The position numbers and the translations under genes are program-made. Positions 39,186-49,116 of a stretch of 64,000 nt of DNA are shown in pieces. The notes below the pieces were generated by a model. The model was not told where the DNA came from, did no database searches, and was given only the letters and a program-made list of their open reading frames with translations. The DNA comes from Candidatus Omnitrophota bacterium (lineage in GTDB: Bacteria; Omnitrophota; Gorgyraeia; Zapsychrales; Zapsychraceae), in NCBI GenBank assembly GCA_030637405.1, contig DAOWGP010000034.1, positions 1,358 through 65,357 of the forward strand, in the 5' to 3' direction. The number at the start of each line of letters is the position of its first letter. Positions within the stretch are counted from its first letter, which is position 1.

Positions 39186-39920
39186 CTATTGTTCCTCTGT
39201 AACTAGTTTTCCGAAACGTCTTTCCCGTTTTTGATAATCAAGAATCGCTTTTTTGAATTCTTCTGTATTAAAATCCGGCCAGAGTTTTTTTGTAAAATAA
39301 AATTCCGCATAAGACAGCTGCCATAAAAGAAAATTGCTGATCCGCTGCTCACCAGAAGTTCGAATTAAAAGGTCCGGATCAGGCAGCCCGTTTGTATAAA
39401 GGGACTGGCTTATCGTATCCTCACAAATATCCTCGATATTTAATTGTCCCGATTGAACTGACTTAGCAATGCTTTTAACCGCGTTAATGATCTCGACACG
39501 CGCCCCGTAATTAAACGCTAAATTGACAATCAATCCTGTATTATTTTTTGTTTCATCAATAACTTTCGCGATCGTTTCAAAAAGAGTTTTTGGAACCCTT
39601 TGTTTTTGACCGATCATTCTCAGCTGAATATTATCATTCTTTAACTTCTGGAGTTTCTTATCAAGAACTGCCGTGAGTATATTCATAATAAGTGATACTT
39701 CATTTTCTGGCCGGTCCCAATTCTCAGTTGAGAACGTAAAAAGAGTGACCACTTCAATGCCGATTTCCTGCGCCGCATCAATGATCTCTTCAACGCGCCG
39801 GACACCTTCAATGTGGCCCTTGGCTCTTGGAAGTGATTGCCCCTCTGCCCAACGGCCGTTACCATCCATGATAATGGCAACATGCCTTGGTATTATTGTT
39901 TTATCGATTTGCTCTGACAT
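39186..39920 (-). CDS. uppS: Undecaprenyl diphosphate synthase
   Basis: HVAIIMDGNGRWA, FSTENW.RP, PDLLIRTSGEQRISNFLLWQ. Confidence 0.96.
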   Translation of the reverse strand: MSEQIDKTIIPRHVAIIMDGNGRWAEGQSLPRAKGHIEGVRRVEEIIDAAQEIGIEVVTLFTFSTENWDRPENEVSLIMNILTAVLDKKLQKLKNDNIQLRMIGQKQRVPKTLFETIAKVIDETKNNTGLIVNLAFNYGARVEIINAVKSIAKSVQSGQLNIEDICEDTISQSLYTNGLPDPDLLIRTSGEQRISNFLLWQLSYAEFYFTKKLWPDFNTEEFKKAILDYQKRERRFGKLVTEEQ

Positions 39921-39942
39921 AACTATCGGATTCGCCCCTATG

Positions 39943-39974
39943 TAAATAAAATGGGGGATTACCCATCCCCCATT
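39943..39974 (-). terminator. Probable intrinsic terminator
   Basis: Minus strand AATGGGGGAT-loop-ATCCCCCATT followed by TTATTT. Confidence 0.55.
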
Positions 39975-40074
39975 CGAAAATCATCCAAACCATAAAAGCG
40001 CATTTCTTAATTCATCACATTAATTCCTATTTTCCTCTACAAAGAAAACTAGGGTAGAGCGTTTGAACTAAAAA

Positions 40075-40419
40075 TTACATCGGCAATACAAGCGTTTGCA
40101 ATTCCTTGATCTTTTTATCAAGATTCTCTTTAATTTCTACAGCTTTATCTAAACGGGTTTTCAGATCATTATTATATGCCTTGGTTTTCTCAAGAAACCC
40201 TTCGATTTGACCAATTTTATCCTGAGCTCTTTTCAACTCAGCTTTTAACGAGATGACTTTCACCTTAGATTTCTGAAAATTTTCTTCAGAAACCAAACGT
40301 TTATAACGTTCGCCATTTAGCTGCTCCTGCACATAACTCGCATCTTGACTATAACGTATGGCTAAGCCACAACTTAAAACAAGCAACACAATCACGAATC
40401 CGATTAATACAGTTCTCAT
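40075..40419 (-). CDS. Membrane-anchored coiled-coil protein
   Basis: N-terminal hydrophobic helix, then heptad-like K/E/L-rich sequence. Confidence 0.6.
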   Translation of the reverse strand: MRTVLIGFVIVLLVLSCGLAIRYSQDASYVQEQLNGERYKRLVSEENFQKSKVKVISLKAELKRAQDKIGQIEGFLEKTKAYNNDLKTRLDKAVEIKENLDKKIKELQTLVLPM

Positions 40420-40460
40420 TTTTACTTACCCTCGATAATAAGGTTATTAATAGATGAGCC

Positions 40461-41072
40461 CTACCTGCCTTCAGCCATAGTCTTAGGCAAAATAACGATC
40501 TCAACACGACGGTTTTCCTGTTTCCCTGCTTTAGTCGCATTCGACGCAACAGGACGGAATTCACCATATCCAGTTGCCGACAAACGTTTCGGATCGATTC
40601 CTTCCTTGTCCTCAAGATGATGCACAACGCTTAACGCCCTGGCCGCTGATAATTCCCAATTTGATTTCCAACCGGAAACTTTGATCGGCACATTATCCGT
40701 GTGCCCCTCGATCCCGACATTCAGATCAGAAACGGTCGTTTTCAAAACAGAAGCAACTTTATCCAATTTGCTCAATGAATCGGTACGAAGATCAGCTTTT
40801 CCGGAAGCAAACAGAACTTCGGACACAAAAGTGATAACCAAACCCTTTTCAAACATATCAACCTGCACTTCATTATCATCAATTTCAGAACTTAAACGGG
40901 ATTCTAGTTCCGCTTTTGCCCGCTCCAGATCGGTCAATTGACTCTTTAATTTGGAAATTTTTTCAACATCAGAACGTCTGCCTTTTTGAAATATCAAAGT
41001 GCACCCGCTTAAGGCAACGCTTATGATAACAACCAACAACAATGAAAGGAAATTCGAAAAATATTGGTTCAT
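40461..41072 (-). CDS. OmpA/MotB C-terminal (peptidoglycan-binding) domain lipoprotein
   Basis: Lipobox ALSGC; VLFASGKA, EGHTDN, NWELSAARA, GYGEFRP, NRRVEI. Confidence 0.88.
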   Translation of the reverse strand: MNQYFSNFLSLLLVVIISVALSGCTLIFQKGRRSDVEKISKLKSQLTDLERAKAELESRLSSEIDDNEVQVDMFEKGLVITFVSEVLFASGKADLRTDSLSKLDKVASVLKTTVSDLNVGIEGHTDNVPIKVSGWKSNWELSAARALSVVHHLEDKEGIDPKRLSATGYGEFRPVASNATKAGKQENRRVEIVILPKTMAEGR

Positions 41073-41168
41073 GCTCTCTCCTCCTTTTAGAATAACTCAC
41101 AGTATCATAGGCAGAATTTAAAGTCAAGAAATTTATACCAACTTAATGCCCTGCAATAAGATAGGTTC

Positions 41169-42440
41169 CTAACGAATAATAATTTCATCCCGCTTTGTTC
41201 CTATCGAAATGTACTTGACCCCAACTTTTAGAAGCTGTTCAAGGCGTTTGATATACTTTCGTGCATTTTTAGGAAGATGGCGATAGGAACGTACCCCGCT
41301 GGTTGGCCGCATCCACCCATCCATTTCCTCATAAATCGGCTTTGCCTGGCTTAAAATCTCAAAATCCGTAGGAAAATCTTTATAAACCTTTCCTCGATAT
41401 CGATAACTCGTACATATCTTTATTTTTTTCAGGCCATCAAGAACATCCAGCTTCATAATCGCAAGATCAGAAATTCCGTTAACAATAACAGCATATCTAA
41501 CAAGGACGCTATCAAACCAGCCGCAACGACGCGGCCGCCCTGTCGTTGCCCCAAACTCATTGCCTTTTGTTCGGATTTCCTCCATGAGGCACGTTGAAAA
41601 TTCTGTCGGGAATGGTCCTTCGCCAACACGTGTCGTATAGGCTTTTACACACGCAATAGCTTTGTCAATTTTTGTCGGCGCGACACCGCTGCCTACGCAA
41701 ACACCGCCAACAATCGAGTTTGATGATGTCACGAAAGGATATGTTCCAAAATCAATATCCAGAAAAGTTCCTTGGGCCCCTTCAAAAAGAATTGACTTCT
41801 TTTTATCAATAGTCCTGTTAAGATACAGCATCGTATCACATATATACGGTGCCAGTTTTTTTCCATACGCGAAATATTCTTTATAAATACCTTCAAAAGA
41901 ATAAGCTTTATGATTAAAAACTTTCTGGAAGACTTCGTTCTTTTCTCTAAGATTATCTTCCAATTTCGCCTTGAGGATTCGGGGATTAAGCAGATCAACC
42001 ATCCGGATACCACAGCGGGTCACCTTATCGGCATAACATGGGCCAATTCCCCGTCCTGTTGTTCCAATTTTATTTTTTCGCTTTGTTTCACGCAATCCAT
42101 CGAGAACGCGATGATAGGGCATGACAACATGGCAGCGGTCGGAAATTTTTAACCGACTAGCAGGAACTTTCAGCCCCCTTTTCTCCAAGGCCTTGATCTC
42201 CTCAAGTAACGCGAGCGGGTCAACAACGACCCCATTGCCTATCACGCACACCTTTCCTTTATGCAAGATTGCCGAAGGAAGCAAGTGAAAGATATACTCT
42301 TTATTTCCGACAACAACGGTATGGCCAGCATTATTCCCGCCTTGATATCTAACCGTTACATCGGTATCCCTGGAAATAATATCAATAAGCTTTCCTTTAC
42401 CTTCATCGCCCCATTGAGCACCCATAACAACAAGGTTCAT
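41169..42440 (-). CDS. purA: Adenylosuccinate synthetase
   Basis: QWGDEGKGK, GGNNAGHT, IGTTGRGIGP, EGAQG, GATTGRPRRCGW. Confidence 0.97.
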   Translation of the reverse strand: MNLVVMGAQWGDEGKGKLIDIISRDTDVTVRYQGGNNAGHTVVVGNKEYIFHLLPSAILHKGKVCVIGNGVVVDPLALLEEIKALEKRGLKVPASRLKISDRCHVVMPYHRVLDGLRETKRKNKIGTTGRGIGPCYADKVTRCGIRMVDLLNPRILKAKLEDNLREKNEVFQKVFNHKAYSFEGIYKEYFAYGKKLAPYICDTMLYLNRTIDKKKSILFEGAQGTFLDIDFGTYPFVTSSNSIVGGVCVGSGVAPTKIDKAIACVKAYTTRVGEGPFPTEFSTCLMEEIRTKGNEFGATTGRPRRCGWFDSVLVRYAVIVNGISDLAIMKLDVLDGLKKIKICTSYRYRGKVYKDFPTDFEILSQAKPIYEEMDGWMRPTSGVRSYRHLPKNARKYIKRLEQLLKVGVKYISIGTKRDEIIIR

Positions 42441-42541
42441 TAGATTCCTCTCTCTTAAGTGTAATCAAACTAACCTTTTGCGATCATACACAATATGTTA
42501 GTTCTCATCGTTTTACAATAATTCTTAATTTTCCTAAACAA

Positions 42542-43324
42542 TCACCTTGCAAGAAAATACCCCAATCCGATACCAACCGATAAAAACAAAGCGGCTGATA
42601 TCCCTTTGTAATACAGAATCATTTTCATCTTTTTTCTTGCTCGGCCTAAAAAAAGAATCACAATCCAAGCAGTGATTAAAGGCAAGTTCGCCGTAACACT
42701 ATAATAAAAAAAAGATAAAAACACAAACTTCGCGTTACCACCACTCATTAAATATGAATGAACAATAAAAATGTACTCGTCCTGAGGATATATCGAGCTG
42801 CACAAAGTTACGATAAAGCCGCTGCCCATGGCGAAGAGAATAAATCTTACAAAAATAAAAAATTTCTTTACTTTACCCGCTGGTTTTTCATCGCTGAGGG
42901 TTTCAAAAAAAGCCGGTACCTTGTACTTGAACCGTCCTGTATCAAAATATTTTTCGTATTGCCATCTATCACTAATATTTAAAAAGCCGAGAACAAGAAA
43001 AACTGCCGCAAGCAGAAAGTAAAGAATGCGAAGAGTGTGCATAACCACCGGGGTGGCAATAATATAGTCAAAAAATCCGGCTGCCAACCCAAAATGTGTT
43101 AACCCGGAGAACAGGATGAAAAGCAGGCCTAACCAAAAAACACGCTTTTGGGTGTATCCGACAAGCGAAAGATACATGATAAGGATCAGGGCCGATGCTA
43201 ACCCGCAAGGGTTGATACTGTCGCCAATACCAGCCGTGAAGGCTGGAAATAACGCAAACGAAGGGTATTGTTTTAAATTGTAACGATCCATGTAATTACT
43301 TAGACCTTCAGGAGTTTTATGCAT
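42542..43324 (-). CDS. Polytopic membrane protein, CcdA/DsbD-like TM domain
   Basis: AGIGDSINPCG motif, second Cys in IVTLCS, about six hydrophobic segments. Confidence 0.55.
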   Translation of the reverse strand: MHKTPEGLSNYMDRYNLKQYPSFALFPAFTAGIGDSINPCGLASALILIMYLSLVGYTQKRVFWLGLLFILFSGLTHFGLAAGFFDYIIATPVVMHTLRILYFLLAAVFLVLGFLNISDRWQYEKYFDTGRFKYKVPAFFETLSDEKPAGKVKKFFIFVRFILFAMGSGFIVTLCSSIYPQDEYIFIVHSYLMSGGNAKFVFLSFFYYSVTANLPLITAWIVILFLGRARKKMKMILYYKGISAALFLSVGIGLGYFLAR

Positions 43325-43345
43325 AAAACATCAACACTATTCGGC

Positions 43346-44269
43346 TTAACCACGTCCTAACAAAGCATTACGTACATTTTCCGCGATTTCAATAGCAACG
43401 CTTACTTTGGCTTCAGAAGTTGCAGCTCCCAAGTGAGGCGTAACAATACAATTATCATGCTTCAACAAAGGTGAATCCTTCGATAGCGGTTCCTGTTCAA
43501 AAACGTCAAGCGCGCATCCCGCGATTTTTCCTTCTTCCAAAGCTTTCGTTAATGCCCTCTCATTAATGATCCCTCCCCGCGCACAATTGATTACCCGGGC
43601 TGTCTTTTTCATCAAACTAAATTCTTCATCTGAGATAAGGTTTTTCGTCTCCTCACTCTTAGGTGCATGTATTGTTATATAATCCGATTGCGTGAGCAAT
43701 TCTTTCAATCCAGTCATCGTAACATCTCTTAGGCCGACAGCTTCGATGGAAAGCAACGGATCATAGGCCAAGACATCCATGCCGAAAGCCTTGGCAAATT
43801 TCGCGACCGTCGAGCCAATACGGCCGAATCCAATGACCCCTAATGTCTTTTCATGAAGTTCAACGCCGCGGAATTTCAACCGGTCCCACTTTCCGGTTTT
43901 CAGAGAAGCGCATGCTTGGGGAATATTGCGCGATAATGCCAAGATCATGCTCATCGTATGCTCAGCCGTTGAGGTCGTGTTCCCCGAAGGCGTATTGATG
44001 GTAACAATACCTTTTTTTGCCGCCGCTTTCAGGTCAACGTTGTCTAACCCGACACCGGCACGGCCGATCACTTTAAGCTGGTCTGCCGCATCAAGAATAT
44101 CCGCAGTAACTTTTGTCCCACTGCGGATAATCAAAGCATGATAGTCTTTAATGATTGACTTTAACTCTTCCGGAGGCAATCCGAAGCTGCAATCCACTTC
44201 AAAATTTTTAACCGCTTTTAATATATTGATCCCCTCATCGGCAAGTTTGTCGCTTATTAAAATTCTCAT
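43346..44269 (-). CDS. serA: D-3-phosphoglycerate dehydrogenase (short form)
   Basis: IIRSGTKV, GRAGVGLDNVD, TAEHT, GFGRIG, INCARGG, ALDVF..EP, TPHLGA. Confidence 0.85.
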   Translation of the reverse strand: MRILISDKLADEGINILKAVKNFEVDCSFGLPPEELKSIIKDYHALIIRSGTKVTADILDAADQLKVIGRAGVGLDNVDLKAAAKKGIVTINTPSGNTTSTAEHTMSMILALSRNIPQACASLKTGKWDRLKFRGVELHEKTLGVIGFGRIGSTVAKFAKAFGMDVLAYDPLLSIEAVGLRDVTMTGLKELLTQSDYITIHAPKSEETKNLISDEEFSLMKKTARVINCARGGIINERALTKALEEGKIAGCALDVFEQEPLSKDSPLLKHDNCIVTPHLGAATSEAKVSVAIEIAENVRNALLGRG

Positions 44270-44339
44270 CGGTATTCCATAATTCAATATTTAAAACTAA
44301 ACGCCTAAACACTGGATTTGTTATACAGCGCTTAGAGTT

Positions 44340-44495
44340 TCTTTGGTATAGAACATATTACAGCCTCGCAATGACCTCGCTCAGATTCTCTTAAAATTGT
44401 GGGGTGCGGTGATGAATAATCGACCGGCCGAGAACCGCGCATATTTCCGGCGGTATTTGTGTCGAACCGGGTGTGAGCAGTAAATTCTCTCTCAT
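44340..44495 (-). pseudogene. Remnant of a class-V (alanine-glyoxylate/serine-pyruvate-type) aminotransferase
   Basis: Manual translation MRENLLLTPGSTQIPPEICAVLGRSIIHHRTPQF*ENLSEVIARL*YV; matches the LLTPGPT.IP....IIHHRTP.F family N-terminus; TAA stops at 44391 and 44358; remainder absent. Confidence 0.75.
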
Positions 44496-44534
44496 TTCTT
44501 TTATATTTTTCCAGACCAAATAGGAATAGGCCTA

Positions 44535-45146
44535 TTATTTCTTACCTTTGCCTGAGTGGATGATCACTTCATCGACAAGGCCATACTCTTTAGCCTCCTC
44601 AGCGGACATGAAATAATCGCGATCACAATCAGCTTGCACCTTTTCAAAATTCTGCTCGCTGTGATCAGCCAATATTTTCGTTAATTCTTCCTTCATGCGG
44701 AGGATTTCCTGAGCTTGAATGGAAATATCACTCGCGCTTCCCTGAACACCGCCCCACGGCTGATGGATCATAATCCGTGAATACGGCAGCGCGAAACGTT
44801 TGCCCTTTGCTCCGGCCGCTAGCAACAGCGATCCCATACTTGCCGCTTGGCCAATGCAATACGTACACACATCCGGTTTTACAAATTGCATCGTGTCATA
44901 GATCGCCAATCCGGCTGTTACGGCTCCCCCCGGAGAATTGATATAGATATTGATATCCTTATTGGCATCTTCGCTCTGAAGGAAAAGTAATTGAGCGATG
45001 ATAAGATTGGCGACCGTGTCATCAATCGCAGTTCCAATAAAAATAATTCTATCCTTCAAAAGACGGGAATAAATATCATAAGCCCTCTCACCTTGGCCGC
45101 TTTTTTCGACAACCATCGGTACTAATACTTGAGATTTCGGTTTCAT
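44535..45146 (-). CDS. clpP: ATP-dependent Clp protease proteolytic subunit
   Basis: [38 protein letters not shown]. Confidence 0.97.
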   Translation of the reverse strand: MKPKSQVLVPMVVEKSGQGERAYDIYSRLLKDRIIFIGTAIDDTVANLIIAQLLFLQSEDANKDINIYINSPGGAVTAGLAIYDTMQFVKPDVCTYCIGQAASMGSLLLAAGAKGKRFALPYSRIMIHQPWGGVQGSASDISIQAQEILRMKEELTKILADHSEQNFEKVQADCDRDYFMSAEEAKEYGLVDEVIIHSGKGKK

Positions 45147-45147
45147 A

Positions 45148-46041
45148 TTATTTAGCCTCCTCCCACTTTGCCTCTTTTAATAAAAGTTCCATAGTCTTAG
45201 CCGGTAAATTTCCGCCTTCTTTAACTTCGATATTCTCGACCTGAGCGATTTTGTCGAGAATCAAATACACTTTAACATCACGCTCCACAGGATTACGCAA
45301 CTCCTTGCGCATTTCCTCTTCTTTCTTATTCATCTCTTCCGCCGAAAGGCCTTGGTCTTTTACCCTCTTTTTTTCTTCTTCAATCCGGTGCTCGATCTGC
45401 TTGCGCACCAATGTTTGCGGAACGGCCAATTTTGCCTTCTTTAAAAGATTTTCGATAATCTGATTTTCAATGTCAAAACGGTTTTGCCGGTCCTTATCTA
45501 ATTCTAGCTGCCGTGAAAGGGATTTCTTGAATTCCGCCAAATTTGGATATCCCAGGCCATGTGCAAAGGCATCATCAATCTCAGCACTTTTATCCTTCCC
45601 TTGCCCCTGCTTGAAATATTCCAATGTTTTATTTATTTCCTCATCGGTCACTTCCGAGCTTTTTCGTGTAACCTTAATCCCCTTGTAATGATCGATCTTG
45701 ACCTCAGGCTTAATGTCTAATTTGGCCGTAAAGGTAATCATTCCGTTTTTGAAATTAACATTTTCAATTTCCGGCATGTCAATAGGCGCCAGCTTCTCCC
45801 GCATAACCCCTTCATGATACACTTCCGGAATAAGCTTCTGAAAAACCTCATCCTGCGCATGTTTGCTATGTTGCGCCTCTAGGATATGCCGAGGCACTTT
45901 CCCCGTACGAAAACCTTTCACTTTAACGATCTTCCCCAGCTCTTTATAAACTTCATCAAATTTTTTCGAAACCCGTTCTTTCGAAATTTCAAATTTCAGT
46001 TCGCGTTTCACCGCATCAACTTTTTTAACTTCAACTTTCAT
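45148..46041 (-). CDS. tig: Trigger factor lacking the FKBP PPIase domain
   Basis: GFRTGKVP ribosome-binding motif, YKGIKV, EIDDAFA, LILDKIA..ENIEV; precedes clpP; ~297 aa. Confidence 0.85.
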   Translation of the reverse strand: MKVEVKKVDAVKRELKFEISKERVSKKFDEVYKELGKIVKVKGFRTGKVPRHILEAQHSKHAQDEVFQKLIPEVYHEGVMREKLAPIDMPEIENVNFKNGMITFTAKLDIKPEVKIDHYKGIKVTRKSSEVTDEEINKTLEYFKQGQGKDKSAEIDDAFAHGLGYPNLAEFKKSLSRQLELDKDRQNRFDIENQIIENLLKKAKLAVPQTLVRKQIEHRIEEEKKRVKDQGLSAEEMNKKEEEMRKELRNPVERDVKVYLILDKIAQVENIEVKEGGNLPAKTMELLLKEAKWEEAK

Positions 46042-46088
46042 TTCTTTTATGACTCCCTTCATTGTGTCTATTATATCGACCTAAAACC

Positions 46089-46811
46089 CTACATTTTAAA
46101 GCGCTCGCCCAAGTAAATCTTTTTCGCCTCCGGATCATTGATCAAGTCTTCTGCGGTTCCCGAAATCAAGATCCTTCCCTCAGCGATCAAATAAGCCCTA
46201 TCGGTAATAGCTAATGTTTCACGGACATTGTGATCGGTCAAAAGAATACCCAATCCTCTCGCCTTTAAATCTTTAATGATTTCCTGCGCTTCGGCGACAA
46301 CAATCGGGTCGATCCCGGAGAAAGGCTCGTCAAGAAGAAGAAATGAAGGATTTGTGACCAAGGCTCGTGTGATCTCCAATCGGCGCCGCTCGCCACCGGA
46401 TAATGTATAAGCCTTGCTCCTTGCCAAATGCGCGATATTGAGCTCTTCCAGCAATGATTCCAGGCGGCGCTTGCGCTCGCGGGGGCTGATATCCAGCGTT
46501 TCTAAAATTGCCATGATATTTTCTTCAACCGTTAAAGTCCGGAAAATCGACGCCTCTTGCGCAAGATATCCCATTCCCAAACGGCAGCGGGCATGAATGG
46601 ATTTTTTTGTAATATTTTCCTGGTCAAAGAAGATCTGCCCGGCATTAGCTTTGATAATACCTACGGTCATGTAAAAGGTTGTCGTTTTTCCCGCGCCGTT
46701 GGGTCCCAACAATCCAACAATTTCTGAACGGCCAACACTGATACTAAGCCCATCAACGACACGCCGATGTCCATATGTCTTGACTAAGTTTTTAGTTTCC
46801 AGAAGCTGCAA
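46089..46811 (-). CDS. lptB: LPS export ABC transporter ATP-binding protein
   Basis: GPNGAGKTTTFY, YLAQEASIF, LSGGERRRLEI, TDHNVRETL, YLGERF. Confidence 0.96.
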   Translation of the reverse strand: MQLLETKNLVKTYGHRRVVDGLSISVGRSEIVGLLGPNGAGKTTTFYMTVGIIKANAGQIFFDQENITKKSIHARCRLGMGYLAQEASIFRTLTVEENIMAILETLDISPRERKRRLESLLEELNIAHLARSKAYTLSGGERRRLEITRALVTNPSFLLLDEPFSGIDPIVVAEAQEIIKDLKARGLGILLTDHNVRETLAITDRAYLIAEGRILISGTAEDLINDPEAKKIYLGERFKM

Positions 46812-47625
46812 AAAGACTTCCCCCCTCAGTTAATAAAATTAATTTCGGGCTTCCTGATAAAGTCAGTTTTTGATCGACGGCATCATAAACCGCTTTTTTC
46901 GCAAAGCTCTTATTTTCTCCTTTTTCAATTTCAACATTTCCTAAGCAGACCATTTTTTTTATGCCGGTCATTTCTTTATCAAAATAAATTTCCATGCGAT
47001 CAGCTTTCAATGTTTGATCTTCTTGAACAGCTACAACATTATCTTCAAACATCGCTACAGATTCCGCCTGGTTAATAATCATAGGCCCGTCAGATGTGAT
47101 CGTAATCGTTTGACTTTCTTCTTTTTTTTCAGGATCTGTTTCGATCATAACGGTGACATCTTTCCGAATCTCAGCTGTCTTTAATCCCGGGCGGGCCTTC
47201 ATGCCCGTGCCAGTAGCCATCATCCGCTCATCGGTAATCACCACATCATCTTCTGTCGTAACTAAATCCTCCATTCTGTTCCAGTCCAATGAATCGGTCA
47301 TAAGCTGTTTACCATCTTCACTTGTGACCACAACATCGTCTTCCAAATGCATTTTTCCGCTGATCTGATCAACAGTTCCTGTTTTTGCTGTCACATTCAT
47401 TTTTTGATCACCGAAAGTGTTGGCATCAACATTCGAGAGGATTATTTCACTGCCCACTATGTCGGCAGTGTCACCATTAACATTCCATGCCTTTTCACCG
47501 CTATCATCGTACCCCTGCAGATTGAACCCCTGAAATTTTTGTTCGGGATCCTCAGCGGAAAGCCATCCCGCGCTTAGCAAAAACGTTAACCCAAAAATGA
47601 TGAAGATTTTTATTTTATGCCTCAT
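46792..47625 (-). CDS. LptC-LptA fusion-like LPS transport periplasmic protein
   Basis: N-half LMTDSLDW..DLVTTEDDVVI..GTGM (LptC-like); C-half FEDNVVAVQ..LKADRM..GNVEI..AVYD..LTLSGSP (LptA/OstA-like); between kdsC and lptB. Confidence 0.75.
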   Translation of the reverse strand: MRHKIKIFIIFGLTFLLSAGWLSAEDPEQKFQGFNLQGYDDSGEKAWNVNGDTADIVGSEIILSNVDANTFGDQKMNVTAKTGTVDQISGKMHLEDDVVVTSEDGKQLMTDSLDWNRMEDLVTTEDDVVITDERMMATGTGMKARPGLKTAEIRKDVTVMIETDPEKKEESQTITITSDGPMIINQAESVAMFEDNVVAVQEDQTLKADRMEIYFDKEMTGIKKMVCLGNVEIEKGENKSFAKKAVYDAVDQKLTLSGSPKLILLTEGGSLFAASGN

Positions 47626-48142
47626 ATTTTCTCAAGATTGCAGGCCATTTTTTCTGCGTTTTTAAAATGAGTTCAATAACCTCTCTTACCGCACCGCATC
47701 CGCCTTTGCGTTTTGTAATATAGTCCGCCTTTTTTTTGACCTCGCTGACCGCATTGACAACAGCAACAGAAAAACCCACTTTTGTCAGAACCTCGATATC
47801 CGGAAGATCATCACCCATAAAACAAACCTGTGCGTCGCGAAGTTTGAAGTCCCGTAACAATTTTTGATAGACGGCGGTTTTTGGATACGCATCCTGACAA
47901 ACCGCATTAACTTTTAAATCTTTCGCCCGTGCCGTAACCGCGCCGGCTGACCGCGCTGATAAAATAGCCGTTTTAAGGCCCGCTCGCTGAAAAAGAACGA
48001 TCCCGAAGCCATCCTGGACATTGAACACCTTTATTTCCTTACCCTTTTCATCAAGGATAATATCACCCTTTGTAAGCACGCCATCAACATCAAGGATAAG
48101 AAGCTTAACTTTTTTAATTTTTTCTTTTAATCGCGTTTTCAT
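47615..48142 (-). CDS. kdsC: Kdo 8-phosphate phosphatase
   Basis: LDVDGVLT, FNVQDG, MGDDLPD, GGCGAVRE. Confidence 0.93.
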   Translation of the reverse strand: MKTRLKEKIKKVKLLILDVDGVLTKGDIILDEKGKEIKVFNVQDGFGIVLFQRAGLKTAILSARSAGAVTARAKDLKVNAVCQDAYPKTAVYQKLLRDFKLRDAQVCFMGDDLPDIEVLTKVGFSVAVVNAVSEVKKKADYITKRKGGCGAVREVIELILKTQKKWPAILRKYEA

Positions 48143-49098
48143 ACTAACCCTGCCTTTAGGAGATCCTGGACATCTAAGAGCCCCATGAGTTTACCTTTTC
48201 TATCGACAACCGGCAGCTCGTCAATCTTTTTATCTTGTAAGATCTGAAGAGCTTCCACAGCTAATTTATCTTTCGAAATCGTTGTGGGATTTTTGGTCAT
48301 AACCTCAAAGATTTTACGCTCCAGAAGCTTCCGATCCGTCTCAAGATGCCGCCGCAAATCGCCATCCGTAAAAATACCGACAAATTTCCCCTTTCCGTTT
48401 AAAACACACGCCGAACCGCATCGCGCCTGGGTGATCGCCAGCAAAACATCTTTGACGGCCATTCCCTCCTTAACCTTTGGATATTGAGCGCCGCGCCGCA
48501 TAATATCCTCAACTTTTAACAAGAGCCTGCGCCCCAGCGAGCCTCCGGGATGATAAAAGGCAAAGTTTTCCCTTTTGAATTCCCGCCGGACAATAAGACA
48601 AGCGGCAAGCGCGTCTCCCATGACAAGTGTTGCCGTCGTTGAAGCCATCGGCGCTAACCCCAACGGGCACCCTTCCTTCTTTACCGAGACATCCAGAACA
48701 ATATCGCTGTACTGCGCAAGAGTCGATTTTTGATTTCCGGTGAGCGCAATAATCTTCGATTTGATCTTTTTAACCAAAGGCAATAACCTTTTGATTTCAT
48801 CTGTCTCCCCGCTGCTCGAGATAACGATAACAACATCGTTTCTGGTCACTTGCCCCAAATCGCCATGGACCGCCTCGGCACTATGCATCCACAGGCTCGG
48901 CGTGCCTGTTGAAGACAGGGTTGCTGCAATTTTGCGCCCAATGATCCCTGTTTTTCCCATGCCGGTAACGATCACACGCCCTTTACACTTAGCAATAACA
49001 TCAACGGCCTTTGAAAAACGCCCGTCAATTCTTTTCGCCAAATCCTTGATGGCCTGCGCTTCGGTCCGAATAACTTCTATTGCTTTTTTAAGCGGCAT
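48139..49098 (-). CDS. kdsD: Arabinose 5-phosphate isomerase (KpsF/GutQ, SIS+CBS)
   Basis: GMGKTG, STGTP, EAVHGDLG, LAPMAST, HPGGSLG, TDGDLRR. Confidence 0.94.
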   Translation of the reverse strand: MPLKKAIEVIRTEAQAIKDLAKRIDGRFSKAVDVIAKCKGRVIVTGMGKTGIIGRKIAATLSSTGTPSLWMHSAEAVHGDLGQVTRNDVVIVISSSGETDEIKRLLPLVKKIKSKIIALTGNQKSTLAQYSDIVLDVSVKKEGCPLGLAPMASTTATLVMGDALAACLIVRREFKRENFAFYHPGGSLGRRLLLKVEDIMRRGAQYPKVKEGMAVKDVLLAITQARCGSACVLNGKGKFVGIFTDGDLRRHLETDRKLLERKIFEVMTKNPTTISKDKLAVEALQILQDKKIDELPVVDRKGKLMGLLDVQDLLKAGLV

Positions 49099-49116
49099 AA
49101 ACGCTCCAGATGATCT

